Shown in pieces: positions 18,809 through 27,995 of a DNA stretch of 64,000 nucleotides. How positions within the stretch are numbered: the stretch's first letter is position 1; every line of letters starts with the position of its first letter. Source of the DNA: Candidatus Levyibacteriota bacterium (GTDB lineage: Bacteria > Patescibacteriota > Microgenomatia > Levybacterales > UBA12049); assembly GCA_041906785.1 (NCBI GenBank), contig JAYRIM010000029.1:1149-65148 (forward strand), read 5' to 3'. The notes beneath the pieces are model-generated. The model did no database searches. It had not been told where the DNA came from and was given only the letters and a program-made list of their open reading frames with translations. The position numbers were made by a program, and so were the translations under genes.

Positions 18809-19708
18809 TTATATATTTAAGCTTTTGAGGTATGCACGAAATTCTGCACTCAGATCTTCATGCTCAAGAGCAAACTCAACAACAGTTTTCAAATATTCCA
18901 ATTTATTTCCAGTATCATAATACTTACCGCCTTTTATTTCTGCAGCAATAACGCGCTTCCCATCATTCATCATAAGTTTTACCGCATCATTCCAATATAA
19001 TTCTGCGCCTTCCGTAAGATTTTCCTGGGCTCGATCTAAATATTCAAAAATATCTGGGGTATACAGATATCCACTCACTGTTGCTAAATCTGAAGGAGCA
19101 TTCGTTTTCCCTGGTTTTTCAATGAGATGTTTAACATCGATAATACCATCTCGTAATTGTTTTCCACCTGCAAAACCATATCTGTCATAATCTTCATCTT
19201 TATGTGCTTTTACGCAGGCTAGTACAGATGAGCCATACTCTTCATAGACCTCAATCATCTGCTGAAAACGAGATTTCGGATGCGCTTTTATAAAATCATC
19301 ACTCCAGGTATAAATAAATGGTTCGTTACCGACGATTGTCCGAACATTTAATAAAGGCGTTCCATTTCCATATGGACCTTTTTGACGAACATAGAAGAAG
19401 TTCGCCATTTCAGCTATTCGTTCGGCCTGCTCGATAAGTGGACGTTTCTTTTCTCCACCCATGCGTAAATTCTCAATCAGCTCGAGGGAAGGTCGGTCGA
19501 AATGATCTTCTATAGATCGTTTATGATATCCGGTAACAATAATAATATCTTCAATTCCTGCTTCAACAAGCTCTTCCACGACATACTGAATAATTGGTTT
19601 ATCAACAACTGGAAGCATTTCTTTCGGCATAGCTTTCGTCTGAGGTAAAAATCTGGTGCCGAACCCAGCAGCGGGAATAACAGCTTTACGAATCTTTTTC
19701 TTTATCAT
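18809..19708 (-). CDS. galU: UTP--glucose-1-phosphate uridylyltransferase
   Basis: 299 aa. KAVIPAAGFGTRFLPQTKAMPKEMLPVVDKPIIQY is the canonical GalU N-terminus. Confidence 0.85.
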   Translation of the reverse strand: MIKKKIRKAVIPAAGFGTRFLPQTKAMPKEMLPVVDKPIIQYVVEELVEAGIEDIIIVTGYHKRSIEDHFDRPSLELIENLRMGGEKKRPLIEQAERIAEMANFFYVRQKGPYGNGTPLLNVRTIVGNEPFIYTWSDDFIKAHPKSRFQQMIEVYEEYGSSVLACVKAHKDEDYDRYGFAGGKQLRDGIIDVKHLIEKPGKTNAPSDLATVSGYLYTPDIFEYLDRAQENLTEGAELYWNDAVKLMMNDGKRVIAAEIKGGKYYDTGNKLEYLKTVVEFALEHEDLSAEFRAYLKSLNI

Positions 19709-19764
19709 TACTTCGCATTATATATCATAAAAACTTTTTTTGTCCAATCCCATTTTGCTTCCTC

Positions 19765-19794
19765 TTTACATTCCATCCTGTAATTTGGTAAAAT
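19765..19794 (+). promoter_or_regulatory. Sigma70-like promoter for the secE-nusG-rplKA unit
   Basis: TTTACA, an 18-nt spacer, then TAAAAT, about 70 nt upstream of secE. Confidence 0.45.
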
Positions 19795-19828
19795 GCAACA
19801 AGCTTTTCAGTTACTATTCTCGGTATTG

Positions 19829-19862
19829 CTGACTACCGACAACTGATAACTGACAACTGTAA
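19829..19862. repeat. Heptamer-periodic tract (TGACTAC CGACAAC TGATAAC TGACAAC)
   Basis: 7-nt periodic NGAYAAC units lie immediately upstream of the secE start codon. Confidence 0.6.
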
Positions 19863-19865
19863 TGT

Positions 19866-20048
19866 ATGGTCACACCACTAAAATTCCTCATCGAAACTAA
19901 AGATGAATTACAAAAAGTAGTATGGCCATCACGACAAGACGTAATACGCTTAACATTTATCGTTATTTTTGTTAGCGCTTTAGTAGCATTTTATATAGGG
20001 GCGCTAGATTTCGCTTTTGCGAAAATCACAGAAACATTATTAAGATAA
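19866..20048 (+). CDS. secE: Preprotein translocase subunit SecE
   Basis: 60 aa with a single C-terminal TM helix (LTFIVIFVSALVAFYIGALDF). Its position immediately upstream of nusG is the conserved one. Confidence 0.75.
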   Translation: MVTPLKFLIETKDELQKVVWPSRQDVIRLTFIVIFVSALVAFYIGALDFAFAKITETLLR

Positions 20049-20096
20049 TCACAAGTCATAAGTCTACTTAGGACTTATAACTTGTAACTTACTATT
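20049..20096. repeat. Heptamer-periodic tract (AAGTCAT AAGTCTA ... CTTATAA CTTGTAA CTTACTA)
   Basis: Periodic 7-mers between the secE stop and the nusG start. Confidence 0.5.
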
Positions 20097-20675
20097 ATGG
20101 ATCAAACAGATCAATCAGAAAAACTTACACCAACTACCAATGATGCATCTGCAAATGCAAAGTGGTATATCGTTCATACCTACGCAGGTCATGAAAATAA
20201 GGTATCGAAAAATCTCCAACAACGGGTACAAGCACTCGGCTTTGAAAATCGGGTGTTTGATGTTATTGTACCAACACGAAATACCATTAAAGTCTCTCAA
20301 GGAAAAAAGGAAAATGTACAGGAAAAAATCTTCCCAGGGTATGTGCTCGTAAAAATGATTCTCGATGACGAAAGTTGGCTTCTTGTACGAAGCACGCAAG
20401 GCGTCACAGCATTTATCGGCGCTGGAAATAAACCCACTCCTATTTCAGAAAAAGAAGTTGCGGCTATTCAACAGTTCATGCAGCAAGATCAGCCTCTTTA
20501 TAAAACCTCATTTACTATTGGTGAAGCAGTTAAAATTGTCGATGGTCCACTGACAGATTTCTTAGGAACAGTTGATACCATTGACGAATCGCATGGAAAG
20601 TTAAAAGTGCTTGTGACTTTATTTGGAAGAGAAACCGTGGTAGAATTAGATTTTCTTCAAGTGAAGAAAATCTAA
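20097..20675 (+). CDS. nusG: Transcription termination/antitermination factor NusG
   Basis: 192 aa. The NGN domain (WYIVHTYAGHENKV) and a C-terminal KOW (GEAVKIVDGPLTDFLGTV) are present. Confidence 0.9.
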   Translation: MDQTDQSEKLTPTTNDASANAKWYIVHTYAGHENKVSKNLQQRVQALGFENRVFDVIVPTRNTIKVSQGKKENVQEKIFPGYVLVKMILDDESWLLVRSTQGVTAFIGAGNKPTPISEKEVAAIQQFMQQDQPLYKTSFTIGEAVKIVDGPLTDFLGTVDTIDESHGKLKVLVTLFGRETVVELDFLQVKKI

Positions 20676-20793
20676 TTAGTTAAAAGTTCAAAGTCAAAAG
20701 TGTAAAGTAAATAAGGAAACTACAAATGATTCCTTATATTACTTTTAATTTTTCATTTTTAACTTTTAATTTGACTGACTGAAAGGAAGGAAC

Positions 20794-21216
20794 ATGGCGA
20801 AGAAAGTAAAAACAATTATTAAATTAAACATTCCAGCCGGAGCAGCGACTCCTGCACCACCTGTCGGTCCAGCGCTTGGTCAACATGGATTACCGATCAT
20901 GGAATTTGTGAAAGCGTATAATGATAAAACGGCTGATCAAAAAGGTAATATTCTTCCAGTGGTTATTACAGTGTATGAAGATAGAACATTTAGTTTTATC
21001 ACGAAAAAACCACCAGTCGCTGAAATGATTAAAAAAGCATTAAGTAAAGATAAAGGCTCACAAAAACCAGGACGTGAATCTGCAGGAGTACTCTCACGAA
21101 CACAAGCTGAAGAAATCGCCAAACAAAAAATGGAAGATTTAAATACATCAGATCTCGAAATGGCTACTCGTGTCGTAATGGGCACAGCCAGATCGATGGG
21201 CGTAGAAGTTAAATAA
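20794..21216 (+). CDS. rplK: 50S ribosomal protein L11
   Basis: 140 aa. [32 protein letters not shown] is the canonical L11 N-terminus. Confidence 0.95.
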   Translation: MAKKVKTIIKLNIPAGAATPAPPVGPALGQHGLPIMEFVKAYNDKTADQKGNILPVVITVYEDRTFSFITKKPPVAEMIKKALSKDKGSQKPGRESAGVLSRTQAEEIAKQKMEDLNTSDLEMATRVVMGTARSMGVEVK

Positions 21217-21290
21217 AAAAATGAAAGATTAAATCTCAAAGATTTTTTTAGATTTGATTTTTTATTTTTTAGATTGACTGGAAGAAACAT

Positions 21291-22130
21291 ATGGGAAAAA
21301 TAAGAGTAAAAGTCATCGGCGACGAACAAGCCGAGAAAGAACAACAAGCAGAAGCAAAAAAACGCGCAGAAGCGAAAAAGATTGAAGCATATAAACGCGA
21401 AAATCTTGAAAAGCAGACTGGTGATAAAACTGTAGAAACAATTGAAAAACCAGAAGAGATAAAAGAAGCAAAACCTAAAACTGTAAAGAAAAAGTTTGAA
21501 AAGGATGTAACGAAGAAGCGCTCAAATAAATTTGATGAGGTAGCTAAACTTGTTGATAAAAATAAAACATATTCTCTTCAAGAAGCTGTTTCACTTTTAC
21601 CAAAACTTCAAAGAGCAAAATTTGATGAAACAGTGGAGCTTCATATCAATACGACAGATAAAGGAGTTTCCGGAAACGTGACACTTCCTCACGGCACAGG
21701 AAAGACAGTTCGGATTGTGATCGCAAACCAATCTGAAGATCCGAAAGGCGTTGAAGAATTAGTAAAAAAAGTTGAGAGTGGAACAATTGACTTTGATGTA
21801 CTTCTCGCAACACCTGAAACAATGCCTAAATTAGCGAGAATTGCTCGATTTCTAGGACCACGCGGACTTATGCCAAATCCGAAAAACGGTACAGTAACTC
21901 CAAAACCGCAAGAAATGGCGAAAAAGTTTGAGGGTGGACAAATGAATTTTAAAGCAGAAGCGAAATTTCCACTGTTACACTTATCAGTAGGAAAAGTATC
22001 GTTTGGAGATAAAAAATTAGGAGAAAATGTAAAAGCTGCGATAGAAGCTGTACAGTTACAGAATATAAAAAGCGTAACACTTAAATCGACGATGTCTCCT
22101 GGAATGAAACTCGATGTCAGCAACCTCTGA
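21291..22130 (+). CDS. rplA: 50S ribosomal protein L1 with a ~75-aa Lys/Glu-rich N-terminal extension
   Basis: 279 aa. The L1 core begins around KFDEVAKLVDKNKTYSLQEAVSLL, and the preceding K/E-rich segment is an extension. Confidence 0.9.
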   Translation: MGKIRVKVIGDEQAEKEQQAEAKKRAEAKKIEAYKRENLEKQTGDKTVETIEKPEEIKEAKPKTVKKKFEKDVTKKRSNKFDEVAKLVDKNKTYSLQEAVSLLPKLQRAKFDETVELHINTTDKGVSGNVTLPHGTGKTVRIVIANQSEDPKGVEELVKKVESGTIDFDVLLATPETMPKLARIARFLGPRGLMPNPKNGTVTPKPQEMAKKFEGGQMNFKAEAKFPLLHLSVGKVSFGDKKLGENVKAAIEAVQLQNIKSVTLKSTMSPGMKLDVSNL

Positions 22131-22133
22131 TAG

Positions 22134-22170
22134 AAGTTACAAGTTACAAGTTATAAGTTATAAGTAATGA
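22134..22170. repeat. Heptamer tandem repeat, (AAGTTAY)x4-5
   Basis: aagttacaagttacaagttataagttataagtaatga, directly after the rplA stop codon. Confidence 0.8.
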
Positions 22171-22190
22171 GTCGAAATCAACTCCTAATT

Positions 22191-22245
22191 CACGACACTT
22201 CACAGAAGTTAGTCCCCTTGTGGGATCACTCGTAACTCATAACTT
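22191..22245 (+). repeat. Conserved 45-nt motif, family D, copy 2
   Basis: cacgacacttcacagaagttagtccccttgtgggatcactcgtaactcataact. Confidence 0.6.
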
Positions 22246-22285
22246 TCTCTTGCATTCCCCTTCTTTAGCCTACTATACTACTCTT

Positions 22286-24859
22286 ATGGACCCTATTTCC
22301 GAAAAACCTTCATTTTCACTACGAAATTGGCTTACAACACCAAATGGAAAAAAAGTTCTTGTACTATTTGGTGTTAGTTTAAGTGTTTTTTTAGTTTCAT
22401 TTTTAACCTTTAATCCCGTAAAAAATAAACCCACTCAAAATCAAATTTCTAGAAAGAATAACTCGACAGAGAAAACGCTTGTCTACCCTGCTCCATCCCT
22501 CGAATTCGGAGCATATACACTACAAGGTATATTTCCTTCTGTTCCCGAAACTGTTTCTTCTTATACAGTTAAAACGAACTTGAGCCAGGAAGAAATGAAA
22601 GCTCTTGCTCAATTATTCGGATTAACAGAAGAGAAAAAATTAACAGAGCCTTTCGTTCTTTTTTACAATACAACCGATCCAGAATTCCGAGGCATGTTGT
22701 ATATAAATCAGCAAACAGGTGCCTTCTCTTTCCAATCATACGGATCTCATAAACCGAAAGATGTATCAGATTCTTCGCCAGCTGTAATCGCAAAAACATA
22801 TGTACAGCAATTAGGATTTGATGATGGTACATTTACAGAGCCTGTTACATATAAAGAAAAAACATTTCCAAACATAACATATGTAGAGTTTCATCGAGAT
22901 TGGCAGAAGGTTGAGTTACCAATTCTCAGTACAATTGGGCTTTTAAATCTTCCTGAAGGGAAACCACTGAATACACTGACATTAGGAGAACTTGAACCAT
23001 TTACGATTAAAAACCCAGATATCATACAAACATCAAATAATCAGGATGGTACAAGCCGTCCGAATGACTTTAATACTGTTACAGTAGCAGTCAGTAAGGA
23101 CGGGACAATATTATCGATTGAATCGAACATTCGAAAAATTATTGGAACAACAAGAGTCACTCGAGATGATCTTTTAACACCAGAAGAAGCATTACAGCAG
23201 TTTACAAATCATACTGGTGATTTTTCACTCACGATCCCCGCAGGAACAGGTTCTATCGCTTGGGATAAAGTGTATCCAGAGAATATCGCAAAAGCGAAAA
23301 GTGCAATCATCACAGATTATATCCTCACGTATTTAGAAAATCCTCCTAGTATTGCCCAGAATAATATCGTTCCAATGTATACCATCCGAGGAATCGCTAC
23401 GTTAGACTCAGGTTATACAGTTCGTTTTATTCAAACGCTACCAGCATTAAAGGATGGAAGTTCAATATTTGCTAAAGAAGCTACTTCAAAATCACTGGCA
23501 AAAACTCAATCAACTGTTCTTGCCGCAAAAGACAGTTTACAACTTCAGCCATATTATCCATCAGGAACAATTATTCCTACACCTACTCAAGTAGCTGGAG
23601 GTGAAATAGAATTTCCGGCCCCAACCCCGACAATCAATCCTTATTTCGCAAAATGTCCGGACTGGACAAATGGCACAACATCGAAAATACAAGTTCCAGG
23701 TCTTGGTGAAATGGTTGTAGCCATAAGCCAATCATTTTACAATCCAGATAAAAAAGAGCTGGATCGCCATGGCCCGCACACTTTTTTCTTTCGTTCTGCC
23801 ACATTTCCCGTAAGTGATATTGAAGATGTAAAAAATAAATTCTTCTTTGGAGCCGATGACCTCAGTAAACCCCCTGGCCCATTTGAGAAGCAACTAATGA
23901 TAAACGTTGCAAAAAGAACGATGGGAGATATCACTGCATCTACTGTTGATGAGATGTATGCATTGTTTAAAAGTCTCAATCGACCTTTTACAAATAGCCC
24001 ATGCGACACTTCCTCACAGTTTGAGCGTCACGCACCTCCAGACCTACGCAATTGCAAGTATAACCCTACTACCTATGAAGGTGCTGGCTTAGATATTCCT
24101 AGACTCCAAAAACTTGGTGATAATGTTGCAAAAAGATTACTGCAAGTCCAGCAAAATGGGACAATGCAATCCCTAGTTTCAGAACCAGACGTTTTTCCTA
24201 AAGAAACAATCTTTGCATTTGGTTATATTTTCTCTAGTGCAACTCCAAATATGTACTACGGTGATACAAAAGAGAGGTTTAAAGCCTGTTACATTACAGG
24301 TACATCGCCAGTTCTCTATTTATATCCTGAAAAAGATAAAAACGTGTCTGTACAAATTGATGCACCGCTGACGTACACTGATCCTTCCATCATGAATAAT
24401 GAGTGGTCAGTAATAGCTCACACAGATGGTTCAGTTAATGCAACTGCAAATTATACTCGCCCATTCTTATATTATGAATATGATCGTACGAAGATACAGA
24501 TTTCAGAACCTTTAGAAGGATTTGTTGTTACGAAAGACAGTTGGAAAAATGAAGTTCAGAAGATAGCTAAATCACTTCAATTGACAAACGCTGAAACAAA
24601 CTCGTTAATAACAGAAGTCCATAATGTAGTAACAAATCTATCAAATACAGTACAATATGTTAAACTTTCACTGGTTGAACAAAATGAAATTACTAAGAAA
24701 CTTCCATTAACGATCTCTCCTAAACCTGACAACATATATCGAATACATATTGCTGTTACACCATTTGATACGTTTAGAACAGTAAACGAGCAAAACATTC
24801 AACCGGTTGTACGAAAAGGATTTACCGTTGTAGAACTTGGCGCATTTGACGTAAAGTAA
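22286..24859 (+). CDS. Large hypothetical membrane-anchored or extracytoplasmic protein (~858 aa)
   Basis: The ORF opens at a GTG at 22220 that lies inside the conserved motif D. The first ATG is at 22286 (MDPISEKP...), followed by a TM helix (VLVLFGVSLSVFLVSFLTF). No family was recognised. Confidence 0.6.
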   Translation: MDPISEKPSFSLRNWLTTPNGKKVLVLFGVSLSVFLVSFLTFNPVKNKPTQNQISRKNNSTEKTLVYPAPSLEFGAYTLQGIFPSVPETVSSYTVKTNLSQEEMKALAQLFGLTEEKKLTEPFVLFYNTTDPEFRGMLYINQQTGAFSFQSYGSHKPKDVSDSSPAVIAKTYVQQLGFDDGTFTEPVTYKEKTFPNITYVEFHRDWQKVELPILSTIGLLNLPEGKPLNTLTLGELEPFTIKNPDIIQTSNNQDGTSRPNDFNTVTVAVSKDGTILSIESNIRKIIGTTRVTRDDLLTPEEALQQFTNHTGDFSLTIPAGTGSIAWDKVYPENIAKAKSAIITDYILTYLENPPSIAQNNIVPMYTIRGIATLDSGYTVRFIQTLPALKDGSSIFAKEATSKSLAKTQSTVLAAKDSLQLQPYYPSGTIIPTPTQVAGGEIEFPAPTPTINPYFAKCPDWTNGTTSKIQVPGLGEMVVAISQSFYNPDKKELDRHGPHTFFFRSATFPVSDIEDVKNKFFFGADDLSKPPGPFEKQLMINVAKRTMGDITASTVDEMYALFKSLNRPFTNSPCDTSSQFERHAPPDLRNCKYNPTTYEGAGLDIPRLQKLGDNVAKRLLQVQQNGTMQSLVSEPDVFPKETIFAFGYIFSSATPNMYYGDTKERFKACYITGTSPVLYLYPEKDKNVSVQIDAPLTYTDPSIMNNEWSVIAHTDGSVNATANYTRPFLYYEYDRTKIQISEPLEGFVVTKDSWKNEVQKIAKSLQLTNAETNSLITEVHNVVTNLSNTVQYVKLSLVEQNEITKKLPLTISPKPDNIYRIHIAVTPFDTFRTVNEQNIQPVVRKGFTVVELGAFDVK

Positions 24860-24905
24860 AAGTTTTAAATTTTTAATTATATTTTTGACTTTTGATTTTT
24901 TACTT

Positions 24906-26075
24906 TTAATCTTCTATCACATATCCCTGATTTTTCTTTGTAGCAATAGTATCTTCGGGTAAACCTAATTTCATTAATTTTTGTCGAACTCTTCTGACAA
25001 GCTGATCAATTGCCCAGTCTGAATATTTCTCTTGTGACTCTTCTTTCCAGACAGCTTGTGCAATCTCATCCCGGGTTACAATTTTTCCTTTATTTTGTAA
25101 AAAGTGTCGTAACATTCTTCTTTCAGATGGTGAAAAAGTCGACGTTACTATAGTATTGTTTATTACAATATCTTTTTTATTTGTAACATTTATCGTTGTG
25201 GCATCTGCATAGTATGTTTTTACATAATCCCTGAGAAGCGCAACACGAATAGTAAAAGAGTCTCCATGAGGTACAAGAAAACCTGTATTCACAAGATATG
25301 TTATAGTTTGTTTTTCTTCTGGAGTAAAATGCATCTCTTCTCTTACAAGTTTTCTCAACACATCATGCTCCCATTCCTCTAATTCTGTCATTATTGTATT
25401 CAATCGTAAAATCATACCATCATGCGTAAATAATGTGGAACGATCGTTAGTCTTCGCTAAATGTCTTAGAGCTTCACGTACTAACCATAAACGATCACCG
25501 CATTGGGTAATGATAAGTTCCTGTAAAGCCTTATCAAGAGAAAAGTTATATTCTTTAGCAAGTTCTTGAATAAATGATCGAACTTCTTCAGTCGTATATG
25601 GCCTTTTAATAAAAATATTATGATACAGAGAAGAAAAATGAGATAATTTTTTAACATATGAAGGTGCTGTTATATTCTTCTTAAAAAAATAAATTATTGA
25701 ACATTGTTCCTGCGATAATGCAAATGTGTTAAAAATTGGCAATAGATCAAACCGTTCTGTTAAAAGCAAATCCGCATTCATAAGAATGATAACTAAATTT
25801 TTCTTACCTCGTTGACCAGCAAATTCATTCAGAAGAGAAATAACTTGTTCTTTCGTATCATGGAGATGAACATGTAAATCGAGAGATGTAATAAAAGGAA
25901 GTGTTTTATCAGCATAACGAAGCGGATTTGTTTGGAGGGAATCAACTATTTGGGGAACTCTGTATGCTTGACCTCGTGAAGAATAATTAACAGCAGACGC
26001 TGACTCTCCTCTATTTACCACATCTATAAAAGCATTTGCGCAGTCTGTTAACCAGTTTAAAAATACTGAGATCAT
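24906..26075 (-). CDS. Transcriptional regulator with a C-terminal OmpR/PhoB-type winged-helix domain and an uncharacterised ~280-aa N-terminal domain
   Basis: 389 aa. The C-terminus (ERRMLRHFLQNKGKIVTRDEIAQAVW...AIDQLVRRVRQKL...GYVIED) matches the trans_reg_C pattern. There is no receiver domain. Confidence 0.55.
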   Translation of the reverse strand: MISVFLNWLTDCANAFIDVVNRGESASAVNYSSRGQAYRVPQIVDSLQTNPLRYADKTLPFITSLDLHVHLHDTKEQVISLLNEFAGQRGKKNLVIILMNADLLLTERFDLLPIFNTFALSQEQCSIIYFFKKNITAPSYVKKLSHFSSLYHNIFIKRPYTTEEVRSFIQELAKEYNFSLDKALQELIITQCGDRLWLVREALRHLAKTNDRSTLFTHDGMILRLNTIMTELEEWEHDVLRKLVREEMHFTPEEKQTITYLVNTGFLVPHGDSFTIRVALLRDYVKTYYADATTINVTNKKDIVINNTIVTSTFSPSERRMLRHFLQNKGKIVTRDEIAQAVWKEESQEKYSDWAIDQLVRRVRQKLMKLGLPEDTIATKKNQGYVIED

Positions 26076-26222
26076 ACTCTAGGACGCCATTATATCACAT
26101 CTATTGTCAAACTGACAATTTATTGTCAGAAATTGTTATAGCATCCATGACAAGTTGATAATTAAGACTCATATATATACTCAAGCTCCTACTTCGCAAG
26201 TTTTTTATCATGAGAAATAAAT

Positions 26223-27626
26223 ATGTCACGCGAAGGAGATTATTATCTTGTAAACTTAGCAAACCAGGCAGGAAGAAAAGAAATTGTCCCTTATGTAGAC
26301 CAGGTAATTCGTAATTTCACACAATTAGGAACAGTCGTAAGCCCCACTGGCCGTTCAGTACCGAAGGATATACTGGGAACTGACGAATCTGACGATATAT
26401 TTGATAGGCCGACGATAACTCCTGCAGGTATCAGACAGATTTTTTCAGAGTATATTATAGATCTGGATCATGATGATACCCCTGGAAAAGTGGCTGATGT
26501 CGTAAATTTCATGTTATTTGATGAGAGAAATCCTGAACATGAAAATCCATTTAATCCTCAAGCTGCAGAACTTCATGATGTCTTTGTGGCAACGCATGAT
26601 CCTTTATCGCAAGAAATAGCGAGAGAACTTTGGGAATATGAACAGAGAGAAGCCTTAAGAAGACAGTTAGAGTTCCGAGTTAAAAGAAATATCGATATTA
26701 GAATCATAGGTCAACTTGCATCTGGAAAAACTACATTTCTTCATACAGTTTCGCGAGAGTTAGCATTAGAAGAGGCAAACCTTGGAGTTTCTGCCAGTGA
26801 ACCTGAAGACCTAGAAAACGACTACCCAGAGCTTGCAGTACAAAACAGCTATGAATACGCAAGAGATTTATCACGAGGAGCAGAGGCAACATTCGGAACA
26901 GAAACAGTACAGCTCTTTAGCTATGCCACACATAATGGAGACCTTGCAGAAGTTACGATTCATAGTTCAGGTGGACATGTCCGAGCTGATAGACCATATG
27001 ATTATATAGATTTTTCTGTAGCAGCTTTTTTTATTGATTACCACTTAATGGAACAACTCACTCAGTTAGATACAGCGACTGATCCTCAAACAGTTTTGGA
27101 AAATAATGAAACGGTTTTAGAAACTGTACGCAGTTTACTGGCACGATTACAAGATTGGCATCAAGTAGATGGTGCGAAACTTGGTGTACTTACAAAATTA
27201 CCTCATGGTCAACCTATTACTAAAAAAATGTTTGAGGTAGTCAATAGAGCATATAAAAGAGTTCTCGCATATGCAGAAGCACATTACGAAGAGATAACAG
27301 ATGACTTTATTTACTCTGAAGGTATGGAACTAGATCCGACCATGCTTGATCCACAGGACGTCAGAAAAACTGCCAGCGAGTGGTGGCCTATCTACGATGA
27401 TGAACCGACATTTTCAGGCACTGTTCAGGTAGCAAAACGACTAACAGAACTTGCAGTGCTAGGCGAAAAGAAAAAAGTTTTAGGAGAAACACAACTGGTA
27501 ACATTTGATCCCACCAATAATAATCCCGGATTGATCTACTACGAACAGCTACCAAATAATAACGACTCTACAACAAAAAGGAATGATACGTATGACCAAG
27601 GCACTATTTTTAATGCAAACATGTAA
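26223..27626 (+). CDS. Uncharacterised P-loop NTPase
   Basis: 467 aa. Walker A IIGQLASGKTTFLHTV is present, and a Walker-B-like VAAFFIDYH may be. No family was assigned. Confidence 0.5.
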   Translation: MSREGDYYLVNLANQAGRKEIVPYVDQVIRNFTQLGTVVSPTGRSVPKDILGTDESDDIFDRPTITPAGIRQIFSEYIIDLDHDDTPGKVADVVNFMLFDERNPEHENPFNPQAAELHDVFVATHDPLSQEIARELWEYEQREALRRQLEFRVKRNIDIRIIGQLASGKTTFLHTVSRELALEEANLGVSASEPEDLENDYPELAVQNSYEYARDLSRGAEATFGTETVQLFSYATHNGDLAEVTIHSSGGHVRADRPYDYIDFSVAAFFIDYHLMEQLTQLDTATDPQTVLENNETVLETVRSLLARLQDWHQVDGAKLGVLTKLPHGQPITKKMFEVVNRAYKRVLAYAEAHYEEITDDFIYSEGMELDPTMLDPQDVRKTASEWWPIYDDEPTFSGTVQVAKRLTELAVLGEKKKVLGETQLVTFDPTNNNPGLIYYEQLPNNNDSTTKRNDTYDQGTIFNANM

Positions 27627-27995
27627 CAAAATTTTATGAATGTCATTCTGACAAAGTTTTGTCATATCTTTTCTCAAGCATCACTGACGGAAATGGATTA
27701 TTTTGGTAGTATGCACAGCGCTGTATATCATTCTAATAATACATATTTTTTATGAATGTTGCGACATCTGAACTCTCTGTATTACCATTGCGTTAATATG
27801 ATGTATTCAACCTTTGTAGCAGGAAAAAATATTGTGTCGGAGAGCTCTACAAGCTCGTATTGTAAGTTTCTAACATACTCTCTGATATCTCTCACCCTCC
27901 TCTCGTTTCTTTTAGAATATATAAAGTTCTAAAGCTTCAAAACCAATCTGTACAATGTACGTAATTTACCTTATGATAAAAAAGGAACCAATAGT

